The notes: generated from the letters alone by a model not told the origin. A stretch of DNA of 49,389 bases from a virus (IMGVR_UViG_2851966386_000003:1-49389), one strand, 5' to 3'; numbered from the stretch's first letter, positions 9,409 to 18,332 are shown. A program made the numbers and translations.

Positions 9409-10148
9409 AATCTATCGCAGAAAGCATGCACAACTTCGACCGTGAAAACTTCCAGCGAGTGGCTGCCGGGCTTCCGGAAATGCAGGACGAGCAGGCATTA
9501 AAGCGCCAGGCGGCCAAGACTGCGGAGATCTTCAACGAGCTGTTCCGCCAGCTGCTTGCCGTATTCCCGGTGCTGGCCAACAAATCTGTGGAAGACCTCA
9601 ACGAGATGCGTCGCCAGTGGTTGTTGGCGTTCAAAGAGAACGGGATCACCACAGTTGAGCAGGTTAACGCAGGGATGCGGGTTGCGCGCAAACAGGAAAA
9701 ACCATTCATGCCATCACCGGGACAGTTCGTCGCCTGGTGTCGTTCTGAGGAGGCGGTAACTGTAGGCCTGCCAGATGCGAGTGAGCTGGTTGAAATGGTT
9801 TACCAGTATTGCCGGACTCGCGGCCAGTATCCAGACGCTGAGTCGTACCCATGGCCTGAGCACAAAATCGAACCGTTAACGCTGAAACACAAAGCCTGCT
9901 ACTGGATGGTTACTGGCTTGTACGCAGACATGCGCGCAAACGGCCTCAGCGACACTGAGTTGCGACGTAAGGCGCAGGATGAGCTGCTGCGTATGGTTCG
10001 TCGCTTGAATGCCGGGGAAGTGATTCCCGAGCCGGTTAAGCAGATCCCAAAGCTTGGCGGACGTCCGCTTAGTAACGAGCAGGGCTTAAACAGAATCGCT
10101 GAAATCCGCGCGAAATTCGGTTTAGGCAGAGGGCGGAAACATGGCTAG
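9405..10148 (+). CDS. P: Replication protein P (helicase loader, lambda P-like)
   Basis: Long stretches match lambda P by eye (ITTVEQVNAGMRVAR...PSPGQFVAWCR...YPDAESYPW...GEVIPEPVKQ). Confidence 0.85.
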   Translation: MKSIAESMHNFDRENFQRVAAGLPEMQDEQALKRQAAKTAEIFNELFRQLLAVFPVLANKSVEDLNEMRRQWLLAFKENGITTVEQVNAGMRVARKQEKPFMPSPGQFVAWCRSEEAVTVGLPDASELVEMVYQYCRTRGQYPDAESYPWPEHKIEPLTLKHKACYWMVTGLYADMRANGLSDTELRRKAQDELLRMVRRLNAGEVIPEPVKQIPKLGGRPLSNEQGLNRIAEIRAKFGLGRGRKHG

Positions 10149-10476
10149 AGCATTATCAGCAGTTGAGCGCAGAGAGTACGTCCGCGCAGTGATTCGGATC
10201 ACCAGGCATCAGGGGCGCCTTACGACCACCGAGGCAATGAAAAAACTGGGGCTGAGCCGCGCTACTGTCCAGCGGTATTTTTCCGAAGCAGAAGCGACTG
10301 GCGAGGTTGTCCGGCATGGTCGTCTGGGGCTGTTCTGCGATCAGAGGGCCGTCATCGACTTTGACATGAAGCGTTTTGGCCTGGTGCCGAAAGTTGCTGT
10401 TGGGATGAATTACAGCCTGCTTGGCAGTCCTGTTTTTCAGCGAGTTTTAGATGTTCAGGAGGCTATTCATGGCTAA
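10141..10476 (+). CDS. Hypothetical protein (Ren-like position)
   Basis: 111-aa ORF overlapping end of P; position equivalent to lambda ren. Confidence 0.4.
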   Translation: MARALSAVERREYVRAVIRITRHQGRLTTTEAMKKLGLSRATVQRYFSEAEATGEVVRHGRLGLFCDQRAVIDFDMKRFGLVPKVAVGMNYSLLGSPVFQRVLDVQEAIHG

Positions 10477-11254
10477 GAATTCAATCGATGTATACGGTGC
10501 CAGCGGCAAAACAAATGTGCTCAATTTCGAGCCTGAAAACCTGCACCTTGTCACCGATAAGACCCACCCACTTTACGATGAGCGTGTACACCTGCCGATC
10601 GAGGAAGGAATGGTACTGAACATTGCGGAGCTGGGGGTACTGGAGCCAATCATCGTCTGGAAAGACCCTGAAACGGGGCTCACCTGCGTAGTTGTTGGCC
10701 GTCAGCGCGTTAAGCATACCCTGGAGGCAAATAAACTCCGTCTGAAAGAAGGCAAAGACCGACTGCTTGTTCCCGGAGTCGTTAAGCGCGGATCAGCAAA
10801 TCAGATGGCTAAATACATGGTCAGCGAAAACGAAATTCGCAGACCCGATACGCCGCTTGGCCGGGCTAAAAAAATGTCAGATGCCCTCGACCGCGGGCTC
10901 GATGAGGACGACATTGCGGTGTTGTTTGGCTGCAGCGTTCAGACAGTTCGAGCAACGCTCTCCCTCCTCGATGCTACTCAGGCCGTCAGGGAAGCGGTGG
11001 AGGCTGGCACAGTCACCGTTACCCAGGCGCGTCAGCTGGCATCGCTTAAACCCGAAGAGCAGCGGGCAAAAGTGGCAGAAATCAAGCTGGCGACAGCTGG
11101 CGCAACCGGCCATGAAAAAGCCCGGCGTCAGCGTCAGATCCTCGGTGATGCAAAGCCTCGCCTGAAAACCCGCAAAGAAATCACAAAAGCTCTGGAATCT
11201 GCCGAGGGTGAGTATGCGAGCGCACTCCGTTGGGTGCTCGGGGAGGCTGTATGA
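10469..11254 (+). CDS. ParB-like nuclease domain protein
   Basis: ParB N-terminal-domain-like region (IVWKDPETGLTCVVVGRQR) and HTH-like segment; AGGAGG SD 6 nt before ATG 10469. Confidence 0.55.
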   Translation: MAKNSIDVYGASGKTNVLNFEPENLHLVTDKTHPLYDERVHLPIEEGMVLNIAELGVLEPIIVWKDPETGLTCVVVGRQRVKHTLEANKLRLKEGKDRLLVPGVVKRGSANQMAKYMVSENEIRRPDTPLGRAKKMSDALDRGLDEDDIAVLFGCSVQTVRATLSLLDATQAVREAVEAGTVTVTQARQLASLKPEEQRAKVAEIKLATAGATGHEKARRQRQILGDAKPRLKTRKEITKALESAEGEYASALRWVLGEAV

Positions 11255-11454
11255 CAATCGTAAAAACCCATATCGGCACCGTGATCACCAAAGACGGTCC
11301 GAAGGTAAAAAAACTGCACCAGACAGAGCGGATGTGGGTCGTCGGCAAAAACGAGTTTTACAACAAAGAAACCGGGCGCCGTCACTTTGCAGAAAATACG
11401 CGCCGCCGGCTGCTGCTCGACACCATCAAGCCTATTGAGGTGAAGCATGTTTAA
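11251..11454 (+). CDS. Hypothetical phage protein
   Basis: ATGA overlap with upstream stop (translational coupling). Confidence 0.45.
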   Translation: MTIVKTHIGTVITKDGPKVKKLHQTERMWVVGKNEFYNKETGRRHFAENTRRRLLLDTIKPIEVKHV

Positions 11455-11683
11455 ACAGAACGAAAAGGCTATTTCACAGATTGCGGAATATATCCCGCGC
11501 GCCTGCCGGGGTATGCAGCTGCAGGAAGCGAAAGCGCGTCTGGAGAAAAAAATCGCGCTCTATACCGATGACGGCTGTGATGTTGCCGTTCTTAACGCGG
11601 CGTTTGCATCAGCTCTTAACAGTCATACGCGGGAGTCTTTTTTTTCGTGCATTTATGCGCAGCTGCGCGAGGGGGCCAGATGA
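11447..11683 (+). CDS. Hypothetical phage protein
   Basis: 78-aa ORF, start overlaps previous stop. Confidence 0.45.
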   Translation: MFKQNEKAISQIAEYIPRACRGMQLQEAKARLEKKIALYTDDGCDVAVLNAAFASALNSHTRESFFSCIYAQLREGAR

Positions 11684-12347
11684 CAATCACATAACATGCA
11701 CTAAACGAGCTCATTCAGTCGCTTGAGTCGGCTGGTTAGCTGTCGCAATGGGCTGATATGCAGTTCTTGCTGTGGGACGCCCAGCGCCGGGCTGGTATCA
11801 CTGATGATCAAGATTACCCAAGCGATGATCGATGAGCTCGCGGTAAACAAGCAGCACTCATTGCCGGAGCCGAAAGATGGAGAGCCAATACTGCATTTGA
11901 AATAATAGCTACCTTTACTTTTAAAATTACACATTTAATGGTTGTATCTTTTTGCAGCAAGTAGTTAAATCAGTTTATCCCCGCGAGAGATTCGAAAAGG
12001 AGGGCCCAATTTTGTCCGAGTTTTTGTATTCCCCCGCATGCCGCTGCAGAGCACTACATCTGAGCGTCTGACCAGGGGATGAACCAAGATTGGATAGTGA
12101 GAAGAAAGTGGCGCGTAAGGCTGAGCTGAGCGTGCCGGCTGACCCGGATGGGGAGCAGCTTTCGCCGATGTCGTAGTGGACGTCGGTCAATGCATGAAAA
12201 GCTGAGAGGTCAGACAACCAACTTGCCAGAGGAGCATCTCCTGCGTGATGCTTGAGAGCTAACCGAAAGCAATGCGAAAAAGCATAAACTCGGCCTGCCA
12301 ATCGTCCTTATTATCCGCCTGATAGCAGTTTGTGACTGGGAGTGGAT

Positions 12348-12629
12348 ATGTTAGTAGATTATCTTTTGATTGGACTTAAGCGTCATGGAGAGATAAAACA
12401 AGTCAAGCATAAGGCTGGAGATATGCTTGAGTCGTCACTGGCTTTTTATCCTGCAAATAATTACAACCTTGAGCAGCCAAATTGCGTTTATGATGTTAAG
12501 GTAATTCACCACCGAGGGCATCGTTATGCTATTGCTATTGCATGCGATGTAAATGCTTCAGAAATTAATTCCTTGGTTGAATCCACAAAAATGAACCCCA
12601 TCCCCGATGGTGTAATCGGGGAAATCTGA
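12348..12629 (+). CDS. Hypothetical protein, AT-rich cargo gene
   Basis: ORF 12342..12629; ATG 12348 preceded by GGGAGTGG; composition visibly more AT-rich than flanking phage genes. Confidence 0.45.
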   Translation: MLVDYLLIGLKRHGEIKQVKHKAGDMLESSLAFYPANNYNLEQPNCVYDVKVIHHRGHRYAIAIACDVNASEINSLVESTKMNPIPDGVIGEI

Positions 12630-12806
12630 TGTTGGAATCAAAGGAGTTTGTCATAGATTGATGGAATGAATGTGGACGTACTTACATCATCTAGACCTGA
12701 TATAAGAGATGGTTTAGGCTGTGATAAACTCTAATGCGAACAAACGATCTAGTTACCCTGCGTTACATCACTATGGCCTGCCTGATCGAAAAAATAAGGA
12801 GGGGGT

Positions 12807-13295
12807 GTGTCAAATTTTCTTTCTTTTATTGGGGTGCTTGTATCAATAGCTAGCTGTTATTATGCATACAAAGCATTCACATCTGCTAAAGAAATATCCT
12901 TTCCGGAAAAAAAGCCTCGTGAAAATATGTGTGTTATTAGATTTTTCTCGAAAGAAGCTAAGGAATTTGAAGGTTTTATAAACAAAAATAAACATAAAAA
13001 AGTGTATTTGAATATTGAGTTTGAAGGAAGTGAATTTGAAATCAATGAGGATGGTGATTCCCGCTGGTTGGTTGTCTGGACTGATACCTTTCAGGAAGTC
13101 CCTAAAGGTGAAAAGCTTGACACTTCAAACTGTAACGGGTATCAATTGACTATCATTCCTCATGAGGATGGGTTTGGTAATTTTCACTGGTTTCGTGGAG
13201 CTTATCAACTATCGGGGCATTTCTATATTGATGGATATAGTGGGCCTTATCAGGGTCTAATGAGTGCTGTTATCTCTGCTGCCAAAACCATATAA
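12807..13295 (+). CDS. Membrane-anchored hypothetical protein, AT-rich cargo gene
   Basis: 162-aa ORF, GTG start 5 nt after AGGAGG; N-terminal TM helix (FLSFIGVLVSIASCYYAY). Confidence 0.5.
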   Translation: MSNFLSFIGVLVSIASCYYAYKAFTSAKEISFPEKKPRENMCVIRFFSKEAKEFEGFINKNKHKKVYLNIEFEGSEFEINEDGDSRWLVVWTDTFQEVPKGEKLDTSNCNGYQLTIIPHEDGFGNFHWFRGAYQLSGHFYIDGYSGPYQGLMSAVISAAKTI

Positions 13296-13380
13296 GCAGT
13301 TTTGATTTTTTTTCATCATTCATAATCAGTACGTCAGCCTGAACAACTAACATTTTTTATCCAGCGCCAAGTGAGGACAC

Positions 13381-13608
13381 ATGGCGCACAAAGTAAAAAA
13401 ACACTCGGATTATAGATTTGTATGCAATAACCCTTCTGATCGTGATGATTGTTCAGGTTGTTGTAGTGAATGCAGTATTTTCTGCGTGGGGCTTGGGCTT
13501 CTACGGCTATCTGATGAAGTCCTGACGATTTTCGCGGGATGCTCAATGCCTCATATCTGTGGTCTTGTTTACTGCGTTATCCAATCTGTTTTCCTGGCAA
13601 AAAAATAA
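13381..13608 (+). CDS. Small Cys-rich hydrophobic protein
   Basis: 75-aa ORF with GAGGA SD; followed by hairpin terminator. Confidence 0.3.
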   Translation: MAHKVKKHSDYRFVCNNPSDRDDCSGCCSECSIFCVGLGLLRLSDEVLTIFAGCSMPHICGLVYCVIQSVFLAKK

Positions 13609-13637
13609 AAGCCTTCTCTGCGGAGAGGGCTTTTTTA
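13607..13637 (+). terminator. Rho-independent terminator
   Basis: gccttctc tgcg gagagggc stem-loop followed by tttttt. Confidence 0.6.
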
Positions 13638-13696
13638 TAGTTGATTAAAATGAAAATCTACGCGGATCGGGGTTCTCACGGCGGTACATAATTGAC

Positions 13697-13834
13697 ATGT
13701 ATTTCTGCAGTGTGAAGTGCGCTAAAGACAAGCAGGTTGCGCGTTGTGGTAATGCGGTTCCTCCGCCTTTTGCTGAGGCGCTGGTGAGTGCTAATTTTCC
13801 GGAGATGTGCCTGAAAAAAGACATTGCAGCATGA
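13697..13834 (+). CDS. Small Cys-containing ORF (45 aa) between two terminators
   Basis: Manual translation MYFCSVKCAKDKQVARCGNAVPPPFAEALVSANFPEMCLKKDIAA; stop abuts terminator; no clear SD. Confidence 0.25.
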   Translation: MYFCSVKCAKDKQVARCGNAVPPPFAEALVSANFPEMCLKKDIAA

Positions 13835-13835
13835 T

Positions 13836-13862
13836 AAAACCCGCTTCGGCGGGTTTTTTATT
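13836..13862 (+). terminator. Rho-independent terminator
   Basis: aaacccgc ttcg gcgggttt followed by T-run. Confidence 0.65.
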
Positions 13863-13943
13863 ATGGAAAAACATCAATCTAAACATAAGCATGGTGTTGG
13901 CAAAAAGTGCTGCAGAGGGGTTGAACATTTCATGCAACCGGTA

Positions 13944-13963
13944 TACTGTTTATTTATACAGTA
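13944..13963. promoter_or_regulatory. LexA box (SOS operator) upstream of dinI homologue
   Basis: TACTGTTTATTTATACAGTA = CTGT-N8-ACAG palindrome, 20 bp upstream of dinI-like ATG. Confidence 0.65.
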
Positions 13964-13982
13964 TCTGTGTGAGGTGCTAACC

Positions 13983-14216
13983 ATGAAAGTTGAAGTCACA
14001 ATTGATAAACATAAAAAACTCCCTGATGGTGCCATACCTGCGCTTGAGCAAGAATTGTTGCGCCGCTTGTCCCAGTCTTATGATGACTGCAAATTAACCA
14101 TTCGATGCACAAGCAACGATGGCCTTAGCGTTTTGGGCGGCGCTGATGGCGATAAAAAGCGCGTTGAGCAAATTCTGCAAGAGACATGGGAAAGCGCAGA
14201 CGACTGGTTTTATTAG
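13983..14216 (+). CDS. dinI: DinI-family protein
   Basis: 77-aa product matches E. coli DinI along its length (MKVEVTIDK...LPDGAIPALEQELLRR...EQILQETWESADDWF); GAGGTG SD; real start is internal Met of ORF 13824..14216. Confidence 0.8.
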   Translation: MKVEVTIDKHKKLPDGAIPALEQELLRRLSQSYDDCKLTIRCTSNDGLSVLGGADGDKKRVEQILQETWESADDWFY

Positions 14217-14291
14217 TTTAATTGTGATGGTGGCGGCTCTTATCCCAGAGCATCGCATTCGCGTTTCCCTTGATGCTGCTACCCGTTTTTT

Positions 14292-14546
14292 ATGAGTGCG
14301 TCTGTATGTCGCTCAGGGGGTAATGTGACAGATGGTATTGACCCAAATCAGCAGGGGAATGTGTGGGCCACCATTACGGACGGATCCGGACATGTGTTGT
14401 GCTCATTCCGATTAGCTTTGAATGACCGAATCCTTTTATCGAATATTAATAGTGAAGTATCGGTTAGGAAAATTGCTAAAGATGAACACCTCTGGACAAG
14501 AAAATCATTAGTGGAGGTTATTAAGGAAATGAGCTCTAAAAATTGA
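14292..14546 (+). CDS. Hypothetical protein (weak call)
   Basis: 84-aa ORF without convincing SD. Confidence 0.2.
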   Translation: MSASVCRSGGNVTDGIDPNQQGNVWATITDGSGHVLCSFRLALNDRILLSNINSEVSVRKIAKDEHLWTRKSLVEVIKEMSSKN

Positions 14547-14629
14547 CTCATAACAGCTAGCTACATCATACTTGTAGTGCTGGTCTGAACAACCAGCCAC
14601 CTGACAGTAATGCGCCACCGGAGAACGTG

Positions 14630-15226
14630 ATGGCGCAGCTTCACTTAATAAAACAATCTCAAGGTATCCTGATCCCCGCGACGCCGGAGACCAGTGATTT
14701 TCTGCAATCAAAATGCAAGCTCGGATCCGTTCTGGAAGCCGATTATAAGCTTGTCCGCAATCCGGCGTTTCACCGCCGTTACTTTGCTTTACTCAATCTC
14801 GGCTTTGAATATTGGGAACCTACCGGCGGGGCGATTTCGTCTAACGAGCGCAGGCTTATCACAGGTTACGCCAAATACCTTGCTGCATATGGCGGGAGTG
14901 AATCGGCGTTGCTTGATGCCGCCGGGCAATATCTCGACCGGATAGCTGAGAAGCGATCCGGCTATATCAGTATTTGCAAATCCTTCGATGCTTACCGGGC
15001 GTGGGTCATCGTTGAAGCCGGCCACTATGACGCCATACAGCTACCGGACGGCACGCTGAAAAAACACCCTCGCAGCATTTCTTTTGCAAGCATGGACGAA
15101 TGCGAGTTCCAAGAACTGTACAAAGCATCGCTGGATGTTCTCTGGCGGTGGATCCTCTCTCGTTCATTCAACAGCCTGCAGGAAGCTGAGAACGCCGCCA
15201 ACCAGCTTTTAAGCTTCGCGGGGTGA
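14630..15226 (+). CDS. Nin-region phage protein of unknown function
   Basis: ORF 14627..15226; ATG 14630 after GGAGAA SD; nin-region position. Confidence 0.5.
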   Translation: MAQLHLIKQSQGILIPATPETSDFLQSKCKLGSVLEADYKLVRNPAFHRRYFALLNLGFEYWEPTGGAISSNERRLITGYAKYLAAYGGSESALLDAAGQYLDRIAEKRSGYISICKSFDAYRAWVIVEAGHYDAIQLPDGTLKKHPRSISFASMDECEFQELYKASLDVLWRWILSRSFNSLQEAENAANQLLSFAG

Positions 15227-15432
15227 TGCCGATGAAACACTCATGGTTTCACCATCTCGAATGCACAACGCAGCAGGCCGACGAATTGGTAGCGAGATAT
15301 CGTCAGCGGGGCGTAAAGGTCGAACGAAGCTTAAACCCTGACTTTATGACATGGACCGTCAGCGTGCAGCTGGTGGAGGACACAAATCCGCCTCGGCCAG
15401 ATTCTCGCTGGCGTAACAGGATGTGGGAGTGA
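15223..15432 (+). CDS. Hypothetical phage protein
   Basis: 69-aa ORF overlapping previous stop; start ambiguous (15223/15226/15232). Confidence 0.4.
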   Translation: MMPMKHSWFHHLECTTQQADELVARYRQRGVKVERSLNPDFMTWTVSVQLVEDTNPPRPDSRWRNRMWE

Positions 15433-15434
15433 GT

Positions 15435-15731
15435 ATGGCGAATCTTCGCAAAGCGGCCCGAGGCCGCGAATGCACAGTACGTATTCCTGGGTACTGCAAT
15501 GGCAATCCCGAAACCAGTGTGCTGGCGCATTACCGTCTGGCGGGAACGTGCGGCACAGGATGCAAGCCTGACGATACTCAGGGCGCTATTGCCTGCAGTG
15601 CTTGCCACGATCTCATTGATGGCAGAAAGAGAACCACCGATTACACCCGCGACGAACTGCGCCTGATGCATGCCGAAGGCGTGCTCAGAACTTTGGCTAT
15701 ATGGAAACAAGAGGGGTTACTGAAAGCATGA
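15435..15731 (+). CDS. YbcO-like Cys-rich putative nuclease
   Basis: Product resembles, from memory, DLP12 YbcO family (ANLRKAARGRECTVRIPGYCNGNPETSVLAH...ACSACHDLIDG); directly upstream of Q-like gene. Confidence 0.55.
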   Translation: MANLRKAARGRECTVRIPGYCNGNPETSVLAHYRLAGTCGTGCKPDDTQGAIACSACHDLIDGRKRTTDYTRDELRLMHAEGVLRTLAIWKQEGLLKA

Positions 15732-16543
15732 AACTCGAAGCATCCTTAAAACATTTCAGCCCTCAGGGTATGCACATCAGCGACGATGTGAGAAGCACAT
15801 CACCTGATCGCCTCAACGGTACGGATGTTATGGCTGGTATTGGGGTGACAAGCAGCAGGGCAAGGTTCGGACTGGCAGCGTTCTTTGGAAAGACTGGCAT
15901 CAGCAAGACTGATGAGCAGTTGGCCGTCCAGGCGCTAGCACGGTATGCGATTGAAACCGCACCGAAGAACGTACGCAAAACCGCGGGTAAAGAGCTGGGG
16001 CACTGCTGCCTGATTTTGGCGAAGTTTGCTTTTGCGGAGTATTCCCGTTCAGCTGAAACAACGGGAGCCTGCAGGGTATGTAATGGCACCGGACAGATTG
16101 AAACCACTACCACAGAACGCAAAGTTTCTAATCCGTGGGGCAAAGCACCATATTGGGCTAAAAAATCTCGTGCTGTCTGTCCTTCCGACTGGGATAAGTG
16201 GACTGAAGTCACAGCCGCCTTCAGCGCTAAGTGTGAAGCCTGTGACGGTAAGGGGAAAATAAATGCTCGCTGTCGCTGTGGTGGTTCTGGCCGGGTTCTG
16301 GACCGCAAAGCGACAAAAGAGCAGGGAGCACCAGTATATAAAATCTGTGAACGCTGTTCGGGGAATGGCTTTTCAACGATGCCGTCTACTGCTGCTTATA
16401 AAGCGATTCTGACGCTTATCCCAGACCTGCACATCAGAACATGGACACGCAACTGGAAACCTTTCTGCGATGCGCTGGTGGACCTGTGCTGGAAGGAAGA
16501 GGAGAGGGCAGATAAAGAGTTTCAACGAGCAACAGCTGATTGA
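15728..16543 (+). CDS. Putative late antiterminator Q, with four CxxCxGxG zinc-finger repeats
   Basis: Position upstream of pR'/tR'-like elements and lysis genes; repeats CRVCNGTGQ, CEACDGKGK, CRCGGSGR, CERCSGNGF; ATGA-coupled start. Confidence 0.55.
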   Translation: MKLEASLKHFSPQGMHISDDVRSTSPDRLNGTDVMAGIGVTSSRARFGLAAFFGKTGISKTDEQLAVQALARYAIETAPKNVRKTAGKELGHCCLILAKFAFAEYSRSAETTGACRVCNGTGQIETTTTERKVSNPWGKAPYWAKKSRAVCPSDWDKWTEVTAAFSAKCEACDGKGKINARCRCGGSGRVLDRKATKEQGAPVYKICERCSGNGFSTMPSTAAYKAILTLIPDLHIRTWTRNWKPFCDALVDLCWKEEERADKEFQRATAD

Positions 16544-16583
16544 GTAAATGGGCACATTATTTTGCATTTTAAGCGCACAATGC

Positions 16584-16613
16584 TTGATTTTGTCCGAAGT
16601 TGTCGTGTATATT
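16584..16613 (+). promoter_or_regulatory. Candidate late promoter (pR'-like)
   Basis: TTGATT -N18- TATATT just downstream of Q-like gene and ~45 nt upstream of a terminator. Confidence 0.45.
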
Positions 16614-16654
16614 TTAAATCGTGGAATAAAACGCCTGAACGAAAACATTCATAT

Positions 16655-16688
16655 AAACCCTGCTACTGCAGGGTTTTGTGTTTTTGAA
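16655..16688 (+). terminator. Rho-independent terminator (tR'-like)
   Basis: aaaccctgc tact gcagggttt followed by tgtgttttt. Confidence 0.65.
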
Positions 16689-16795
16689 AACAAATGCCTG
16701 AAATCGGTTATAAAGTGTGATCTGAATCAAAATGCCATGCGTCAAACTTAAGGAATATTAAGGAACTGTAAATATTCTTTATAAGTGATGGTCTT

Positions 16796-17422
16796 ATGGC
16801 GTTAAAAGATATTTTTGTGCGAACCGAACCTCACAGACGGCATTATGGTGTTGCATTGTTTATCGGGCTTATTTCTGGGGTGGTTTCAGCATTTGTTAAA
16901 TGGGGTGCAGAAGTACCATTACCACCGCGTAGTCCTGTCGATATGTTTACCAGTGCCTGTGGACCAGAGTCATTAATTCGAGCTGCCGGGCAGATTGATT
17001 GTTCCAGAAACTTCCTTAACCCTCCTTATATTTTTCTGCGTGATTGGTTAGGGCTGGCCGATCCAAATGCGGCTGTCTATACCTTTGCCGGACATGTGTT
17101 TAACTGGGTAGGTGTAACGCATATCATATTCTCCATCGTGTTTGCGGTTGGGTATTGTGTAGTTGCCGAGGTGTTTCCAAAAATCAAGCTGTGGCAGGGT
17201 TTACTTGCAGGTGCACTCGCACAACTGTTTGTCCATATGATTTCGTTTCCGCTTATGGGCCTAACCCCACCGTTGATTGAGCTTCCATGGTATGAAAACG
17301 TTTCTGAAATATTTGGTCACCTGGTGTGGTTCTGGTCAATTGAGATAATTCGCCGGGATCTGAGAAACAGAATTACGCACGAACCGGATGCTGAAGTTTC
17401 TCTGAATTCAGCATTCAGATAA
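16796..17422 (+). CDS. yagU: YagU-family inner membrane protein (DUF1440)
   Basis: 208-aa product near-identical over long stretches to E. coli YagU (from memory). Confidence 0.85.
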   Translation: MALKDIFVRTEPHRRHYGVALFIGLISGVVSAFVKWGAEVPLPPRSPVDMFTSACGPESLIRAAGQIDCSRNFLNPPYIFLRDWLGLADPNAAVYTFAGHVFNWVGVTHIIFSIVFAVGYCVVAEVFPKIKLWQGLLAGALAQLFVHMISFPLMGLTPPLIELPWYENVSEIFGHLVWFWSIEIIRRDLRNRITHEPDAEVSLNSAFR

Positions 17423-17440
17423 TCTAAGCTGCGAAGTCTG

Positions 17441-17468
17441 AAACCCGCATAAAATGCGGGTTTTTTAT
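17441..17468 (+). terminator. Rho-independent terminator after yagU
   Basis: aaacccgcat aaa atgcggg followed by ttttttat. Confidence 0.7.
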
Positions 17469-17548
17469 GCCTGTGATTAGTCGCTCTTCGATAGCAATGT
17501 ATGCAGAGTGTATTGACGCTAGCTATGTTTACAGCATAACGTATTGAT

Positions 17549-17657
17549 GTGGTGAATCCCCCTATGCGGAGGGGCGACCAGTCAGTTACAGAAACCTGTA
17601 AATGCAGCGCGGCCATGCCGACTGGGGCATGCTCACCGGGAGGCACCCGGCACCACA
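17549..17657 (+). repeat. Copy 1 of ~108-nt structured repeat element (candidate ncRNA or recombination site)
   Basis: gtggtgaatccccctatgcggaggggcgaccagtc...gactggggca...ccgggaggcacccggcaccaca; shares conserved 5' and 3' arms with copy at 20245..20351. Confidence 0.6.
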
Positions 17658-17816
17658 CTGCCACATAACATATTTAAGATTTATGGAAGGTTTACTTCTG
17701 CGGTTGCCCTTCTATGTTTATAGAACGTAACGGCAAAAGTGAATGCTTCCTGGTAAATCGGTAGCTCGGACTATTAGGAGTGGCTTCGTTTCGTTACTAC
17801 CTAGAATGCCTACTTT

Positions 17817-17844
17817 CTGCCCGCCTTCAGGCGGGCTTTTTTAC
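17817..17844 (+). terminator. Rho-independent terminator
   Basis: gcccgcc ttca ggcgggc followed by tttttt. Confidence 0.7.
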
Positions 17845-18020
17845 GCCATCAATAGGGCGCTTCAAGAGAAAAGGTAAATATCAGTTGAAGGCTGCGCTTT
17901 GCGTGGCCTTTCTTATTTCAGGCTCACAGAAATCATCATCGATACAGCGCGTTGTTAAATCAGCCCGATGGGCCTGACCCCTTTATTCACACAGCACCCC
18001 GTTAACCCGGAGGTGAACCT

Positions 18021-18332
18021 ATGGCAAAGCATATGCAAGACAAAGAGAGCATGGCCGGAATCACCTGGCTGGCTCTGCTGATCATTGCTGGTTGGGGCGG
18101 CCTTGTCCGATTCCTGATGGATGTGAAGCAGGGCAAAGCAAAATGGAGCTGGATAAATGCCTTTGCGCAGATAGTGGTCTCTGCTTTCACTGGCGTCATT
18201 GGTGGGCTAATCAGCATTGAAAGTGGGCTGAGTATTTACATGATACTGGCCACTGCCGGTGTCAGTGGTGCTATGGGATCCGTAGCGCTTACGTATTTCT
18301 GGGAACGAATTACCGGAGTGAAAGCACAATGA
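18021..18332 (+). CDS. Holin
   Basis: 103-aa product with TM segments and charged C-terminus, possible dual start (MAKHM); GGAGGTG SD; directly upstream of endolysin with ATGA overlap. Confidence 0.7.
   Translation: MAKHMQDKESMAGITWLALLIIAGWGGLVRFLMDVKQGKAKWSWINAFAQIVVSAFTGVIGGLISIESGLSIYMILATAGVSGAMGSVALTYFWERITGVKAQ

Noticed and set aside
11975-12301. Minus-strand 108-aa ORF in the ORF-free interval
   Set aside because: Ser/Gly/Ala-rich, no SD, opposite to local gene orientation; treated as non-coding (see finding on 11684-12341).
17549-17657. Repeat element considered as an ERIC/IRU enterobacterial intergenic repeat or a tRNA fragment
   Set aside because: Shares only a short GTGAATCCCC string with ERIC as I recall it; no T-loop/anticodon-arm pattern; left as an unclassified structured repeat.
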